This document shows positions 39,420 to 53,629 of a DNA stretch of 64,000 bases, piece after piece. The position numbers were made by a program, and so were the translations under genes. Location of the stretch: the NCBI GenBank assembly GCA_050084515.1, contig CM114271.1, positions 34,534,001 to 34,598,000 of the forward strand, given 5' to 3'. Numbering within the stretch: the first letter of the stretch is position 1; each line of letters opens with the position of its first letter. Below the pieces are notes generated by a model. That model saw only the letters and a list, made by a program, of their open reading frames with translations. It searched no databases and was not told the DNA's origin. The DNA is from Blasia pusilla. Lineage: Eukaryota.

Positions 39420-41400
39420 TTTCAAGAAATATGAAATTTATATTGTTGTTGGATACACCCATTTAACGTCCCAAATATGCCAAAGTTGACATCTCTCATT
39501 TTCGATCAAGACATCCTTTACAGTTTTCCACACTAGAATCTACCTTTCAACTCTAAGGGACAGTTTATATCTGTAGTAGATATCGATTCAAAGAGATACT
39601 AAAGAAACAAAGTATCATATGATGATATGATTAGAAGATACCTTCTTCTAATCATAAGATGTATCATACATGTAATAAACGTATATGTATATTATAGCTC
39701 TCTCTACAACTTAGATTCCAAATTCAGAGAGAAACTCTTAATAGTGACTTTCCTTATTATGCTCTAGTTTTATAACACATACCCAAAGGTTTGATGACTT
39801 TCTCGTTTGTATGGGACGGGATTGTAATCAATTAGTTCTTATTAAACAAGACAATCATGTTTTCATCATCAAATTCTTCATGATTTATAGAATGAATTTT
39901 TTGAGGTCATGTTTCCATTGTAAAAATCTCTCCTACAATTTTTCAATTCCATTTTCAACTGTTTGAAGGTCTTATCCATTTTCTACCTCTAAAGTTTTTC
40001 TTGTTACTTTTTTCGAATCTTTTCCATTGCTCTTGAATTCAAACTCCAACATGATTTCCTTTATTTTTTGTCATTAAATTTTTTTATGAGATTCTCTATA
40101 CCTAGTCTTGAAATATCATACATAATTCTCTATTACCGATTTCTCATGTATGTTTTCCACCATGGAAAAGTTTTCTTCTTACATTCTTTTCAACATTTCA
40201 AACTTGAATGCTCTAAAATAATTTAACTATGAAGAAATGCAATCAAGTGCAACATAAGAGTATTGTGTACGAGCCGGGGATATAATAGTTTATTAAAGAT
40301 TATGATGATAGCCTAGATTCCTAATCATCCATAACTTTCCAATTTACATAGTATCCAACCCTCTTCAATGAATATACTTTCATCTCATTACCATCTCCCC
40401 AAGTTTTGCGTGATAGTAATGTACCTCCAAAAAAAATTTTGATACTTTTATATATTTTCTTACACAAAAGATGAGAATTTATCTTGAAACAATTCTATAT
40501 ATTTACAATGATTAATCATTTCAATTAATAATACAAAATGTGGAGTTCAATTTTAAGGTCCTATTAATAATATTTTATATATATATATATATGTCACATT
40601 AATACGAGAACCTTATCTATATCTCCGAGAAAATCATGTAGCAAATTTTTTTCCTTTCAGTTCATATGAATATTTCATTGATGGCATACACAAATAATGT
40701 TCCAAAAAGGTAATCTCTTCAATTCTTAACAATACTAGTAAATGAGCAAATGCAATGCACTGACATCCCATTCACACATGTTTAGTTTTTGGTGTTGAAC
40801 TTAGTTTTTTATTTCTAAAATAATCTAATCCATTTTATTCTAAAATAAAAATTATTTTTTAAAAACTACTCATAACATGTGATATTCTTTGGAGCCTATA
40901 TTAGATCGATATCTAGCTTAAGACATCCTATAAAGAAAGGTAAATAGCCAACTTATAAGCAAAATACTCATCGTTACCAATAATATATTCTTTCTTTTAC
41001 TAAAAATTGCACTAAATATAAGCTAGTTATCTAGAACTTATGAAATCTAGACAAACCTCTACATAAAGATCTTTGTTGCCAAGATGTTTCATCTAGAGTA
41101 AAGATGTGAAAATAATTTTAGTAATCTAATATGAAAAATCCAAGACTTGACCTTTTATTATTTAAACCAACTTATTATATTTTTTCTTTGGCTTAACTAG
41201 ACTTTAAAATTACCAAAAATTCTTCAGAGTGTTGTTATCACATATGTTCCAAAATCTAAAGGATAAGAAAATTGATGTGGCATTCAGAAGCATTATTCAT
41301 AGAGAAATCAATATAAGATTTGCAAAGGCACCAATTAAGACTCTCGAAGTCCTTATCATACATTTGCAATGGGACAAGAAAAGATAATGTATTTTGATAG
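39420..41400. mobile_element. Highly eroded AT-rich TE debris, possibly Ty1/Copia pol fragments
   Basis: Only faint echoes. On + at ~41225-41305 it resembles the Copia integrase C-terminus (..Y.VPKSK..RKL...SEALFI). On - near 39480-39525 it reads GCLDRK..STLAY, like the start of Copia RNase H. No ORF of 60 aa or more. Confidence 0.3.
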
Positions 41401-43329
41401 AGAGTGAGTATGTGTGATTAGAAGTGAAGAGGCTTGGGATGACTCCTTGGCTTTGCTTGAGTATCTATATCTAACCCTCTTAGGAATTTCTTAGGAATTT
41501 CTTAGGATCTTGCTTCTTGGAAGTTTTGGAGTTGTTAACAACCTACTAAGTGCATCCGAGTTTAATTTTGTGCTCATATCACCTTTTTGGAGCCTTGGGG
41601 ATGATAAGAAGATTTATCCTAAGAAGAGGCTTGGAGATGTTAATTACGGCCCCTACTACCACCCTTTAAATTAAATTCTACAATCTGGTAGCAACACGTA
41701 TCTCTCGCGTGCAGGGAAGAAGTAGCTTCCAAGTGTAGTGGAAGAAGAGCGTATCCATGTTGCATTTTGGGTATGTGGCTCATTAAGGTCCGTTAGATGG
41801 GTCGTGAAAGAGTAATGTAGTTTTGAGATTTGTTGCAGACAGGGGCAAGCTGGATTGGATGGATTGGTCGTTGCTATAGCTTGACAGAGTAGAAATCCTT
41901 CCGGCGTGGCAAACTTCCTGAAGTAGGTTTCTCTTGCAGCCCGGTACCTTTTTTTCCACTTTTATTTGATGGCAATGCACTTCCGCACTTTGATTAGAGT
42001 TGATTGTATAAATATCCTGTAGATTTTTTGTTCAATTAGTGTGTCGTCTTCTAAAGAGTTTAGTAATTGTTGCTTACAACTCGATTGCTAAATAAAAAAT
42101 TCAGGAGCCTTCAAATGAAATCAAAGTCCGCCTACATACACTTGTATAGACATTACATTTAGCCAAATGAATAATCGATCATGTACTGGCAATGATAGAT
42201 TTACATGTTTCAGTAAGACTTCTCTGTGAATCGATTAAGTGTACATAGCACTTTTTTATTGATATATGTGGGACGCTAGGGCTCACAAGGGCCTTCTCTC
42301 GGCCTTCAATACCCTGAAACTAGAAGTAGGAAATTGGCTACATAATGTTCTGCAACCTCGAGACCAAAATAGGATGGATGTATGCATTCATGTATAGCAT
42401 TGTATACACACATGGTGCATAATCTACTTTTCATTGGAAAAGTATCCAGGGACCAGATTCAACACATTAGGTGTCTGATCACAAACCGCCTCGCATTTAT
42501 TTGAAGTTTGTTGTAGTTAACAAGGAGCATCGTTTCATCGGGCATGTAGTTTTTGTTTTGCTTTCACGGTGGTAATGAATAATTTGTGTTCATTCCTCTA
42601 CTTCCTAAATCTATTGCAAGCTCGAAGGCACGACTCTCATATACAAACTTTTTTACTTCATTACTATCACAGTGAATCTGCGAACGGGATGGAGAATCTA
42701 TGGTGTATCAATGGATAAAAAAAGCTACGTAGATAGGATACTTGATCTGAAAATTCTAACTGCATGGAATTTTCAGAAAGAAAGGGCACTACTCTACTGC
42801 CACCCATGCCAATGTCGATAATCGTTGCCACTACTCATAGTGTCACCAGTCCGACTTCATAGCTATGTGAGAAAAACGCTTCATTTCGATTTTCCATATC
42901 ACTTGTATGTGAGTCTAACTGTTGCCTTGCCCGTGCCAAACTTGAATCTTCTGGTTTCCTGAAGAGATTGTATCTCCAGCCTTATAATTCCTACTTTCCA
43001 AGAGCAATTTATTAACTCTGTGCAATTCAATTTTAGAGCCTTGTTTTAGATATGATTTTTTTCTCCGCGGGCTGCCATGTCATCTCAACACCAATCTCTT
43101 GGTTGCAACATGTCTGCATCTTCAACGTGGATTCCTTTAATAGAGGATAGGTTTGGCTCGATTTTTCCTCATTAATTTCAATAATGTGGTGTTTTCCAGC
43201 TGATTTTATTGTGTGGCTTCTTACTTTTATGTACATACGTGTGTTTAGTATTCTTTTCCCCTTTTAGAGGCTAGGGTTCCATATGAACACAAACACAACA
43301 AGCAATGGCAGATGATTTGTTGTTGTTGG

Positions 43330-43600
43330 TGGAAATCCAAGAACATGAAAAAATGAGCTAAGAATCTTATGAAGGATCAACTAGGGCACATAAAGAAAGC
43401 TAACAAAAGTAGATGCCAAGTGAGATTCCAATTGGGAGAAGAGCTATGATTGAGTGTGAATAATTTTATTCTTTTGAAGGAGTTATCTTAAAAGTTTCTA
43501 TCCAGTACGCCAAGCCTTATGTGATCAAGACGTATAAAATCATTCTCGTATGAAGGAATTATGCATAGAAAGGAACAAGTTGAGGGACCCTTATGGCTTC
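43330..43600 (+). mobile_element. Degenerate fragment of a different Ty3/Gypsy integrase C-terminus
   Basis: Translates with stops as KKANKSRCQVRFQLGEEL*LSVNNFIL...KFLS..AKPYVI. This matches the KQANK.RR.V.FQVGD.VWL...KF...YAGPF pattern. Confidence 0.6.
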
Positions 43601-44338
43601 TTTAAGCTAGAAGGGCCCTTCTAGAAGCCATTGGCCAAAATAGTCGAAGTGTATTTATCCCAGCCAAGGGTCCATCATAATACTCAATTACTACCTTTGT
43701 ATGAAGCTTGTCTTAACCGACATAAATTCAGTTTTGCTTAAACCTAAGAAAATCGTGCTACAAACCTATTGGCTACTTTTTCTTCCAAGTTCATAATCCT
43801 TAAGTACTCTCTTAAGTAGGCATCCTTCAAAAATCCAAAAAAAACCTCACTCCAAACTATTTTTTTAAATTGAAATATGGCTCTTAAAACGTGCAACGTC
43901 GATGGCATGTACTTGTGACTCAATGTGTCACCGTGTCACAGATGACATTATCTTTACTGTTGTTCTTGTGGACCAATACCACATTCTTAAGCACTCGGCA
44001 ATTCTCGTTATCGTTTCTAGATAACGCATTGTGAGGAGGTAAACATAGAAAGAAAATCTAAGATGTGCGCTTGGTAAGATTGCCCGCGCAAGCAATCGGA
44101 AATGAACCTCTTAACCCTCATTTAGAGCGTTGGTTGTGAGCGAAAAATGTGCTACGGAATGAGAGATATCGCTGCAGCAGGCGACTGCCTCTGTGCAGAC
44201 ATATGATTGATTGAACTGCGGTAGACTCGGAGGACTTTCTTAGTTCGAGTTATTTGTACAAGCGACTCTGTTGAAAAAGTATTCGGAATTGTGTACACAA
44301 GCGCGGCAATACTAGTGCCGGCAGACAGGAGACGCTCA

Positions 44339-44462
44339 GCACCGATTTCTGTACATATTTCTGGATTCGGCTGGCAGTACTTTTTCTTTGTTTAGGATCT
44401 AGAACTGGATTTGGCACCGATTTCTGTACATATTTCTGGATTCGACTGGCAGTACTTTTTTC
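44339..44462. repeat. Near-perfect ~48-bp direct duplication at 75-bp spacing
   Basis: gcaccgatttctgtacatatttctggattcg(g/a)ctggcagtacttttt at 44339 and 44414. Confidence 0.9.
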
Positions 44463-44977
44463 TAGATGAGGATGCTGAACACGAGTCGACCGAGTCCATC
44501 GCACCACTTTCCGAGGTAGCACGGTAATGAGACTGTGCTATTGCATTCATGTAAATGATCCGCGTCCGATTCTTACTTGCCGTGCTCTCAAACCTCCTTC
44601 TACTTGTAGGAGTGCAATCCTGTCGTAGTTTCCATAGAGCACTGACGCAGTAAAATGGGAAGGGCGCAGACATTTCGAGGAATGAAAAACGTTGCAGAGA
44701 GTATTCAGCGGTCGGGAAGGCCTTTCATGTGAGCGCCGCTGAAGCGGGGATTCGATGCCTTCCACTATGGAAGCGAAATCCTCTTGCTACACCTGAGAGG
44801 AGTTGAGCAAGAAGGCGTGAAAGATATCCGATCACGCACACCTCAGCGCGATACGAGGAGGAGAGAGGAGAGGAAAGAGCAGAAGAGCAACGCTCAGATT
44901 TTGAACTGCCTTTCTCCCATCCAGCGAGCGATAGATACAAAACATGAAACAGACTCGATCCATTGCGGATCTGAAGA

Positions 44978-45616
44978 CTACGCAATCAATGTCCGCTCGG
45001 ATTGCAACGCTGGATCTGGTCTGGTCTGGTCTGGTCTCGACTCTTCGGGTGTGGCAGTGCCTTGGGCTTGAGATCCATCGCCGAAATGCGACGCCGGCAC
45101 GCCTCCCTCGTTGACGAGAACTGCGGCTGGAATTGCAATAAGGCTGCAGCAGCCCTGACGCCTGCGAAAATGGCGATGGTGCCGGTGAAAACGGCGACCG
45201 TGGATGGGGCGAGTGTGAAAAGGCGCACGCGCTGCGGACGATGAAGCTCCCCCTGCCTCACCAACTGCAGCAGCAAGAGCGATTTCAGAATCATCGAGAA
45301 AGGCCCACGAATTATGGCGGCAGTGACCGTCGGCAGGAGCAGACGGTGGAGCCCGGTCGGAACACTCGGAGCTCGAGATCAGAGCACGCATCACCCTCCC
45401 ATGCTTGAAGCTCTTATGGCCGTGGCGACCATGGTGTTTACGCTTGAACAGTTTGGGCAGCTTCCTCTCCCTCCCACCATGCCCACCGTGGTGGTGGTGG
45501 TGGCTGTGGTGCTGAGCCCTGTGCCTGCCGCTGCGGTGACAACCGCAGCAAACAAATTGAGGCATCGAAGCAGAAAACACGAGCTCCGAATCGATCACCA
45601 TGCGATCTTCCGCCAT
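44978..45616 (-). CDS. Hypothetical His/Arg-rich protein (212-aa ORF; C-terminus may be spliced)
   Basis: ATG in good context (gccATGg) in a GC-rich island, with two His/Arg-rich tracts each next to a CC motif. The end of the ORF runs into a (ccaga)n repeat that may be intronic or UTR. No recognisable domain. Confidence 0.5.
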   Translation of the reverse strand: MAEDRMVIDSELVFSASMPQFVCCGCHRSGRHRAQHHSHHHHHGGHGGRERKLPKLFKRKHHGRHGHKSFKHGRVMRALISSSECSDRAPPSAPADGHCRHNSWAFLDDSEIALAAAVGEAGGASSSAARAPFHTRPIHGRRFHRHHRHFRRRQGCCSLIAIPAAVLVNEGGVPASHFGDGSQAQGTATPEESRPDQTRPDPALQSERTLIA

Positions 45617-48600
45617 GGCCCGCCAACAGCCGAAACAACAGAATGCGATCCGCGCAGAGGTTTCACACAGATCTCGCGAAACAGTCGCTTACCACCACCG
45701 ATCGCGAAACAACCGCATGCAGACTCCTCCGAACACAAAGTCGATGCAAATCACGCGCCGCTCGATCGATCGTGCGATTTCCGGAAATGCCGACGCTATC
45801 GAGTGCTGATCGCCTCACAGCAGAAGATTTTTATTTCCGAGAAAGCTTCCGCAACACTGCACCGAAACACAATATCTGTTGTAGCTTCAGTGCGAAGCTC
45901 GAACACGAAACAGGCAGTTGCCGTGAGCTCCACGTTTTCCTGGCCCGCCGCATGAAAGCTCGCGACTCCGCAGCGCCGCCGACATGCCATGATGTTCATT
46001 CATTCATTGCCTCGAGGATTTACTTTCGGAGACCATCGCATCAAAAGAAATCGAACGAAAGAAATGCCAATTGCGTGGAGGACAATTCATTCGCCCAACA
46101 CATGGAGAACATGAATGGGGGCGACTCCAACGGATATGGAGGTAACAAAAGTGAGGCACCACTCTTTTTTTTATGATTTTGTCAGGTTTGTTAAGATTTG
46201 TTTGTTTGTGAGTGTAGTTTGTTGAGTTGGTGTTTGCTTGTTGTAAAAAAAAAAACACCTTTCTTTGCCCCCTTTTTAGGTTTGTCATAAGAATAAAATG
46301 GAAGTATAAGATTTCATTTGTTAGTTTTGTTTTCTAAAATCTTTTTAGGTTTGTCATAGTAATAACATGGAAGTATAAGATTTCATTCGTTAATTTTGTT
46401 TTCTAAAAAAATTGTTAGGAGTGGAGTGGGTGTGGAGTGGATGGAAGAGAGATGGGAAAATTTGCGAAATATTCTACCATGCGCTTCGAAGGACTATATG
46501 GGGAGGGGGGGAGAAAACAAAGTCGTGCAACGAAAATATTTGCACACATATATTTCCATTTTGCAGATCCTCGTTATATTTCTTATTTTTTGTCAATAGG
46601 ATAGTTTTAAATTGATTTAAAATAATATTTGATCATTTTAAAAGTTAATTATCACCAACAAGATGATAAAAACCACCCCACATAAGGATATGAATTGAAT
46701 GAGGATGTTCAAATTGTGCCAAAATTAAGACGTAAATCCAAAAAGATATATTTTTGGCATAATTTATACCATTAAAAGATGATGGGGTTAGAGGAAACCC
46801 TCATAAGGGGTTGACACATGTCTTCTTTGGGTTCTTATGGTGTTAAATCATGACATTTATAGAGGAGACACAGAATAAATAAGAAAGGGAAATGAGGACC
46901 CTAAATCACGCATGCATAGCACGAGCACCAGCCAATAATAAATTCAAAGCCAACATTATAAAACTTTTCAAAGTGAAATACTTCATGATTGCTCCCTCAT
47001 TGACATAAACCTCTCAATAAGTTCTTGAGGGATCTAGGTATTTAGATGTGATTTACATGAACAAGAAGAACAAGAAGTCATTGCAAAACTTAAATGCTAA
47101 GGTGGCACTAACATGGACAAAGCACATTGTGCACGAAAGAACAAGAAGTCCATAAGTTGCTTGAATTGTGGCTAATCTTCTAACATAGCAATTGAATTTC
47201 TAGTGAAGCATTTGAATATTCCCAACAAAAATGTGAATCAATTTTGGATCTTCTAAATTTAACATGGCCAAAGTCGTCAGGGGTAGTCGAAAGTTAAGAG
47301 AATTGGTCAGCCGCGGTAAGATGGGGGGAGGGGCAAGTGTTATTCGGAATGACTAGGTGTAAGGGCACATAGGCGATGAATCCACTTGAAAGTGAAAGTC
47401 GCCAGCTCAATAGGCAGAATGCTTTCAAAACCAATTTGCTAGGCCTTGTTAACCCAAAGTATCTAAGCTTTAGTTGAGTTTTGGGTAGTACAATTATCAT
47501 ACACGCAACTAACTTATTTGGGTCAACGAGCTCTATTTAGTATCCGAAGAAACATTTCAAGCAACACAGAGCGGCCTCCTCGAACTTCCGCATGAAATTA
47601 TTATCATAATTATGTGACAATCAGTTTATTGTGGATTCATGCCATTGATATAGTTCATCTACGATATTAAAATGAAATAGTTTCCTTATTTACTAACACC
47701 TCTCTATTTTACTTGTCATATGGCAATACACTAAAACACACTTTCTTAACACTAGGGTTTAAGGAAAAAAATTGAATTCTTGATCCCTTAAGAGCACAGG
47801 CTATGCACTAGTATGATTTATCGAAGGTGCATCATGGAGATGGCATTCATCTGGCCTGTATATGAAGTGGATTGGAGACCATGAACAAATATCTCTTGTA
47901 AGTGGCATGTGAGGATAAGCCACCATACACATAAAGTGAGATAGCTCAAGATGATGAGGTCCTAATGAGGACAATTGAAACTTTCTAGCCTTGTATATCA
48001 TTTCCACATTGAAACCATTAGATGTACCCCATGTAAAAGCATCTAGCATCATCAATATGCAACGATCCACCTGAAAGAATTGTTTCTACTCCTTTGGATC
48101 AAAGCTCCTCTTAAGTTCGTGCACCAAGGTTACAACCTGCTATTGATCATACCTGAAGTTATCTGCCAGATCGACTGATTTTCCATGGTCAAGAATTTGT
48201 AGAAACCTGAGGCTTGTGACACAATTCAGCTCTTTTGGACTGAATGAACTAATTCTAGATCTTTGTTTAGGAAAAAAGCCACTACAATATCCACTTGAAG
48301 GGCCCCCTAAGACACAAAGTCTATTAACTGATTCCGTGAGCATAATACTTTTCACTGGTGTCCATGTTATAAAGGCTGTCAAGTATTCCAGGTTTACTAT
48401 ACCGAAGACCTCATTGACCATGCCTCCAATAGCATTAAAGCTGTAAGCCCTAAATCCATCAATTGGCCATGCTTAGGAATGAACTCCAGAATCCAAAGAC
48501 ACCTCGATAGCATCTACAGTGGATTTGTCATAATTCCAGTAATTGGGGATGTTCACTCCATGCTAGCCTTCATGGATAGGCAGTGCCTTGATTGAAAAAC

Positions 48601-48668
48601 CTCTGAAGATTTTCCATTTTGTGGAGACAGTTGGTTCACTATGAGGACCATCCAGAAAACAATTAATT

Positions 48669-51410
48669 TTAAAGATTTGCTTCAGCCTGTTTAAAATAGA
48701 GGCCGGCAACCGTGATTAAAACGTTCAACAAATATAGTTCCTCGGTATCTTGTAACTGCTTCAGTGCTCTAATGCCAGCACAATATCTCAGCATTGCACG
48801 AAAGGCAGCACTTGTTTCCGCATTGAGGGGTGTGTCCACCACTGCTGAAAGACCCAGTAGCCACAATGCTCGTTCTGCAGGCAAGCCGTCCACACTGTCT
48901 AACCAAGCAACATGGTACCTGAACAAAGCTGCTCTAGAAACTTCATCAAGGCGTAATAACAGACTCATCACTGGAAGGTGCTGAACTCTATCTACTCTGA
49001 ACACTTTGGTGAGAAGTTCCACCAGTGGTTCACTAATCTCATTATTGAGATCATCCTCAGAATCATCTAGCAAAATATTATTTCTTGAACTGTTGTAAAC
49101 CTCCAATCCAGTCATTGACTCCATGCAAGCTTCAGGTAGATCCAGGTATTCTAAATCCGGCATTCCAACCAATTGTAGGGAGGCTTCACTTGATTTTCCC
49201 AACTCAGCATCTGACACATAATCAGCTTCAGATTCCAGAAGCACAGTACATACTGGTGAGGTCCCACATGATGTCAACCTTGTACTAGTGAGATCCACTT
49301 CATGTTCCACAGGCTCAACATCACAGTCATGTGCTCCTGATATGCACTCAGTTTCTAGGTAATCGGCTTCAGATTCAGATGGGCATACAGGCTGCTCACA
49401 TGAACCTATCAACTCTACATGCTTGACTTCCTCTTCTTGTGTACTTGTCACTGATCCGAAACAGATTGTTTCCCAGGCTGCTCGATTTCGTATGGATGGT
49501 AAATGTTGTTCAGAAGGATCGAGTAGTAGATGAATTTTTGACAACTCCTGCACACCAAGAGGCTTCACATTACAGTTTGCAAGAGCAGATCTCTAATCTC
49601 CATGCAGGTCAATATAGATCAGCATAGCAGGGTGAGACAGGTAGAGAGTACATGGAAACAAATTAACAACTTCTCTATGCCAGCAACAAATATTTGCCAG
49701 CTAACATACCATCCTCAGCTGTGTGAAGTCTGTCAAGATGTTTTGTTCCCAGTCCTTTGATGGGAGCAAATCCGGAGGACAAGGTGCAATAGATGGAATT
49801 TCTGGCATGTATGATGTCTGTTCTGATGATAGCTTCTCTGCGTCAATTTCAGCTACCACCACCTTTGGACACCGAGCAGCTTCCCATCTGTAATGAAGTT
49901 CAACATTAACCACATCACACAGCAAGCATCACCTGTCATTGTCTGCTTCCACAACAGAGGAAAGGTACCTGAAGTTGAAAATTGTAAAAAAAATGTTACA
50001 CGCACTACCTTGCAGCCAACACAAACCCAGGATAACCATGAGACTTTACAACCATCTTTAGCATCAAATGCAGATTACCACATCTTTTCACCTAATTTGA
50101 AACAGCAATTCTGTGAAATAAGTTCTACTGAAGAAATGGGCAAAAAGGTGTGACGCTATCATACATGACACGTCGAAGATATTCCCATCCATCTTGAGGT
50201 GGCCCAGATTCAAAATCAGGTTCTCCTTCCACAGCAAAAGCTTGAGGCTGAAAACTCTCTTTCTCTTCCTCACTTTCTTCATCATAATTTCTGTATTTTG
50301 AAGACCCTTTTTTACGACCATGACTCTTTCCACCATGATAGTCAACGACTTTCTGGGAGTTGGGATTAGATACATCATAATCTCCATAGATATTGTCATT
50401 GATGATGTCACCAAGAGCTTGATCTGCGACCACAGTACATCATCAATGGTTATCTCTAATGGAACAGTTACAAAATTTTAACATCCAAAAACTTAGTAAC
50501 CTCCAATTCCAGAAATTCTCATGTAATTTGAACCCATGGTGACCTTCCGTGAAATATCAAAGACTCCTCATTTATAACAGGGTCCAACTATTCTGCTGCT
50601 GTCAGTTCATCCGTCACAAGGGAGCACTGCTATCATCACCCTTGACTTAAGGCTGTTTGCTTGGAAGGATATTTTACCATTGGCTGGTCATGACCATCTT
50701 CAGAGGGAAAGTGTACAGAATGGCAGAGAACAATTAGTCATCAGCGTGAAGCAGTTCACAGCATCTGCTAAAAGTCCCATTCTACTAGGACAAAGGGTAC
50801 TTATGTGTCCCAATCAAGTATGTTACCAGTAGATATTGAGCTTATTCTTGAAGTATCCTGTTCACTTTAAGGGGACCTAAATGACGTCTTTTGGTCTCAA
50901 TTCCAGAGTTTGCCTATTATATACCAATTTAGCACTCCTTTACTGGTGTTAAAATTCTCATTTGAAAATAACACTTCTCTTAAGTCCTAAAATTATTAAA
51001 TAGGCTGTCTAGGCTGGCATTCAAATTTTCTGGTCACTCTTACATGTCTTACCAGTGCTTAAATAGGTCAAGCCCACTCGAAATAAGTCATTATAAAGTG
51101 ATTGTGATCCCTTACCTGTTGCATTTAGGGAGCTTGCAAACAATGCATCACGCTTCGCCTTACTCCTCTGCTTTCTTTCACTATTCTTAATTCTCCTTCT
51201 TGAAAAACTAGTGTCAGTCAAAGCCTGCATTTCATTGAGCTCCTCCACAAGTTCTGGCCTCATAGCAGCGAGGACCTGACTCCACTGCTCCTCTAAATTA
51301 TCGCACTCCTCCCATATCGACAGTAGCTCTTCTCTACCGTAGCGCAGAATCCTGTATTCCACCTCACCTTGAATGAATTCAAGATTGTCTCTATCTGCCT
51401 CCACATCCAT
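48669..51410 (-). CDS. GEMIN2: GEMIN2 / SIP1 (SMN complex, snRNP assembly), ~551 aa; exons 51410-51116, 50423-50165, 49887-49710, 49592-48669
   Basis: Motifs AFAVEGEPDFESGPPQDGWEYLRRV|IWEAARCPKVVVA, EQTSYMPEIPSIAPCPPDLLPSKDWEQ and WLLGLSAVVDTPLNAETSAAFRAMLRYC...LNVLITVAGLYFKQ. Introns are in phase. The start codon and first donor are the least certain parts. Confidence 0.93.
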
Positions 51411-52970
51411 ATGAGAAAGTTTGAAGGCAGATTGATTAAGACCCTCGACTTCAGTGACTGCACTTTCACCAACCAGGGAGGTTGTTACGACATGAACTTC
51501 CTCGATTTCTCTCAGGCTCAACACACCTCCTACAGATGTGTTGAGTAACCAAGCACACTAGATTAGCAAACAAAGATTAGAGGTTCGACGCCATCGGAAT
51601 AAAGTACAGGCTGGTCTCAAATCATGGGCAACAAATCCAGATAGAATGGCGTATCGACGACCCCTTCAAAAGGACCGCGCAGTTACTATTCTTGTGCGTA
51701 ACTCATGCAACGTACCCGCTGTTGTCGATGGCCTTGGTGGCATACTCTATTTGGTAAACGCGTCCATCAGGAGAAAATGTAGTGACCGACAAATAATGAA
51801 ACAGCCCGATAAATTAGGCAAGAAATTTGCCCGTAAGCAAAGTCGAGTGCGTGGCGAATCTCACCCCCACGCGCAGCTCGATCTGCTATGAAACTGAAAG
51901 CACATCCGCCAGAGCCGATTGGCCAACGCCCGTCAGAATTCGACCGCGTCCAAAATCTCCACAAATCCGGGCCGCCACACTCTCGCGTTCAGACTTCGAC
52001 AAATTGCCTCCGCGTCAGGCGTCACTTTCTGGCCCTTTCAATTCAAGCGATTCTCATGATTTCGCGGTGCGCACAATCGGAACGCATCCGGTTTGAAGAA
52101 AACCTGCGAGGTCCATCACTAGCGCCCAGGCCGTAATTCCTTCACCACGAATAGGCGCTAACTAGGGCTTCTGATTCAAAATGCTGGGCGGATGTGGTCT
52201 TACGGGGGATTCCCGAGTCACCTTCCTTGACCAAATGGAGCCGCCATTCAAACGAGAGCGAAGGAATCCGATTACTATTTACCGTCCGTTTTGTGGATAT
52301 GGATGTAGACCGTCTTACGCACGGAATCAAATATGATCCATGATTAAAAAAGCAAACAAAATATATGCACCCTATCCACAAGGTAGGGTATAGAAGTATA
52401 GGGTGGAGATATGAATATAGAAGAAGAAGAAATATAGAAGGTGGTGGAGATATGGATATAGAAGGTGTTGAATATAATAATATGATTAGTAAGATGACCA
52501 TGTCATGGGAAATAAAAAAGTGTGTGAAAAATTTTTGCTAATGTATAATATGTGAAAAGAAAGATTAATGATGTTGCATGCAAATTTTTAAAAAAATAAA
52601 ATATTTTCTTGTTGTCAACCACCATCTAATAGTTAATTTTGATTAATGATATCATTTTCCTTTTCCATTCAAATTTATTTTCTTTTCCCAAAATATCACA
52701 TTTGAATTATTGTTTTTTTTTAAATAATCATATTATTCAATTCAAATTTTTAATATAAAATTTATTTTCTAAGATCTTAGAAGAGTAATCATATTTCATT
52801 CTTCCAAGTAATTATGCTTTAAATTTTATTTAAAGCTCCTCCATTCATATTTAAATGAAATTCACTCCTTCTTCATTAAAATTTATTATCCTTTTCCATC
52901 AAATATGAATTAAGGCACAAATCATAAAATTTTGGTTATTTATCATTATTATTATTATTTAATAATATTT

Positions 52971-53502
52971 ATAATTACCCATTATAATATTAATAAATGA
53001 TTAATAAAAAATTCTATTCCCTTTTTGTAATCCATATCTATTACTAACCACCTATCTATTACTACCCATCTAAGCTAATGTGGTTAACCTACAAAATTGC
53101 CTATTTTGTTGTATCCTCTCGTTATATTATCGTTTTATGCATATTGGATAGATAATCATCCATTATAATATTAAAAAAGTTATTAATTGATTAATAAAAC
53201 ATTTCTATTCCATTTTTTAATCCCTATCTATTACTACCCATCTAATCTTATGCGATCAACCTACAAAATTTCCTATTTTGTTATATCTTCTCAATATCTT
53301 GCCGTATTATGCATATTGGGTCATCAATTATTTGATAGATAATCACCCATTATAATACTAAAAAATTCTTAATTGATTAAAAATTCTATGCCATTTTTCT
53401 AATCCCTATCTATTACTAACCACCTATTTATTACTACTCGTCTAATCTAATGTGGTTAACCAACAAATTTGCCTATTTTGTGGTATCTTCTCTTTATCTT
53501 AT
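52971..53502. repeat. Tandem repeat, ~185-bp unit, 3 copies, AT-rich
   Basis: ataat.a.ccattataata.taa...tatctattacta...aacc.acaaa.ttgcctattttgt starts at about 52971, 53152 and 53339. Confidence 0.9.
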
Positions 53503-53629
53503 CAACGGAAGTGAATAAATCAGTCGTGCGATGTAGGGACTACAAATAATGGATAATTTTGATAATTTAAAAATGAATTTGAATAACCCTTTTGCCTTGA
53601 GTAACATACGATTTTATTGGCTAGAAAGG

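Noticed and set aside
47801-48446. ORFs downstream of GEMIN2 as an additional gene
   Set aside because: Short, no motifs, and most simply 3' UTR or intergenic sequence.
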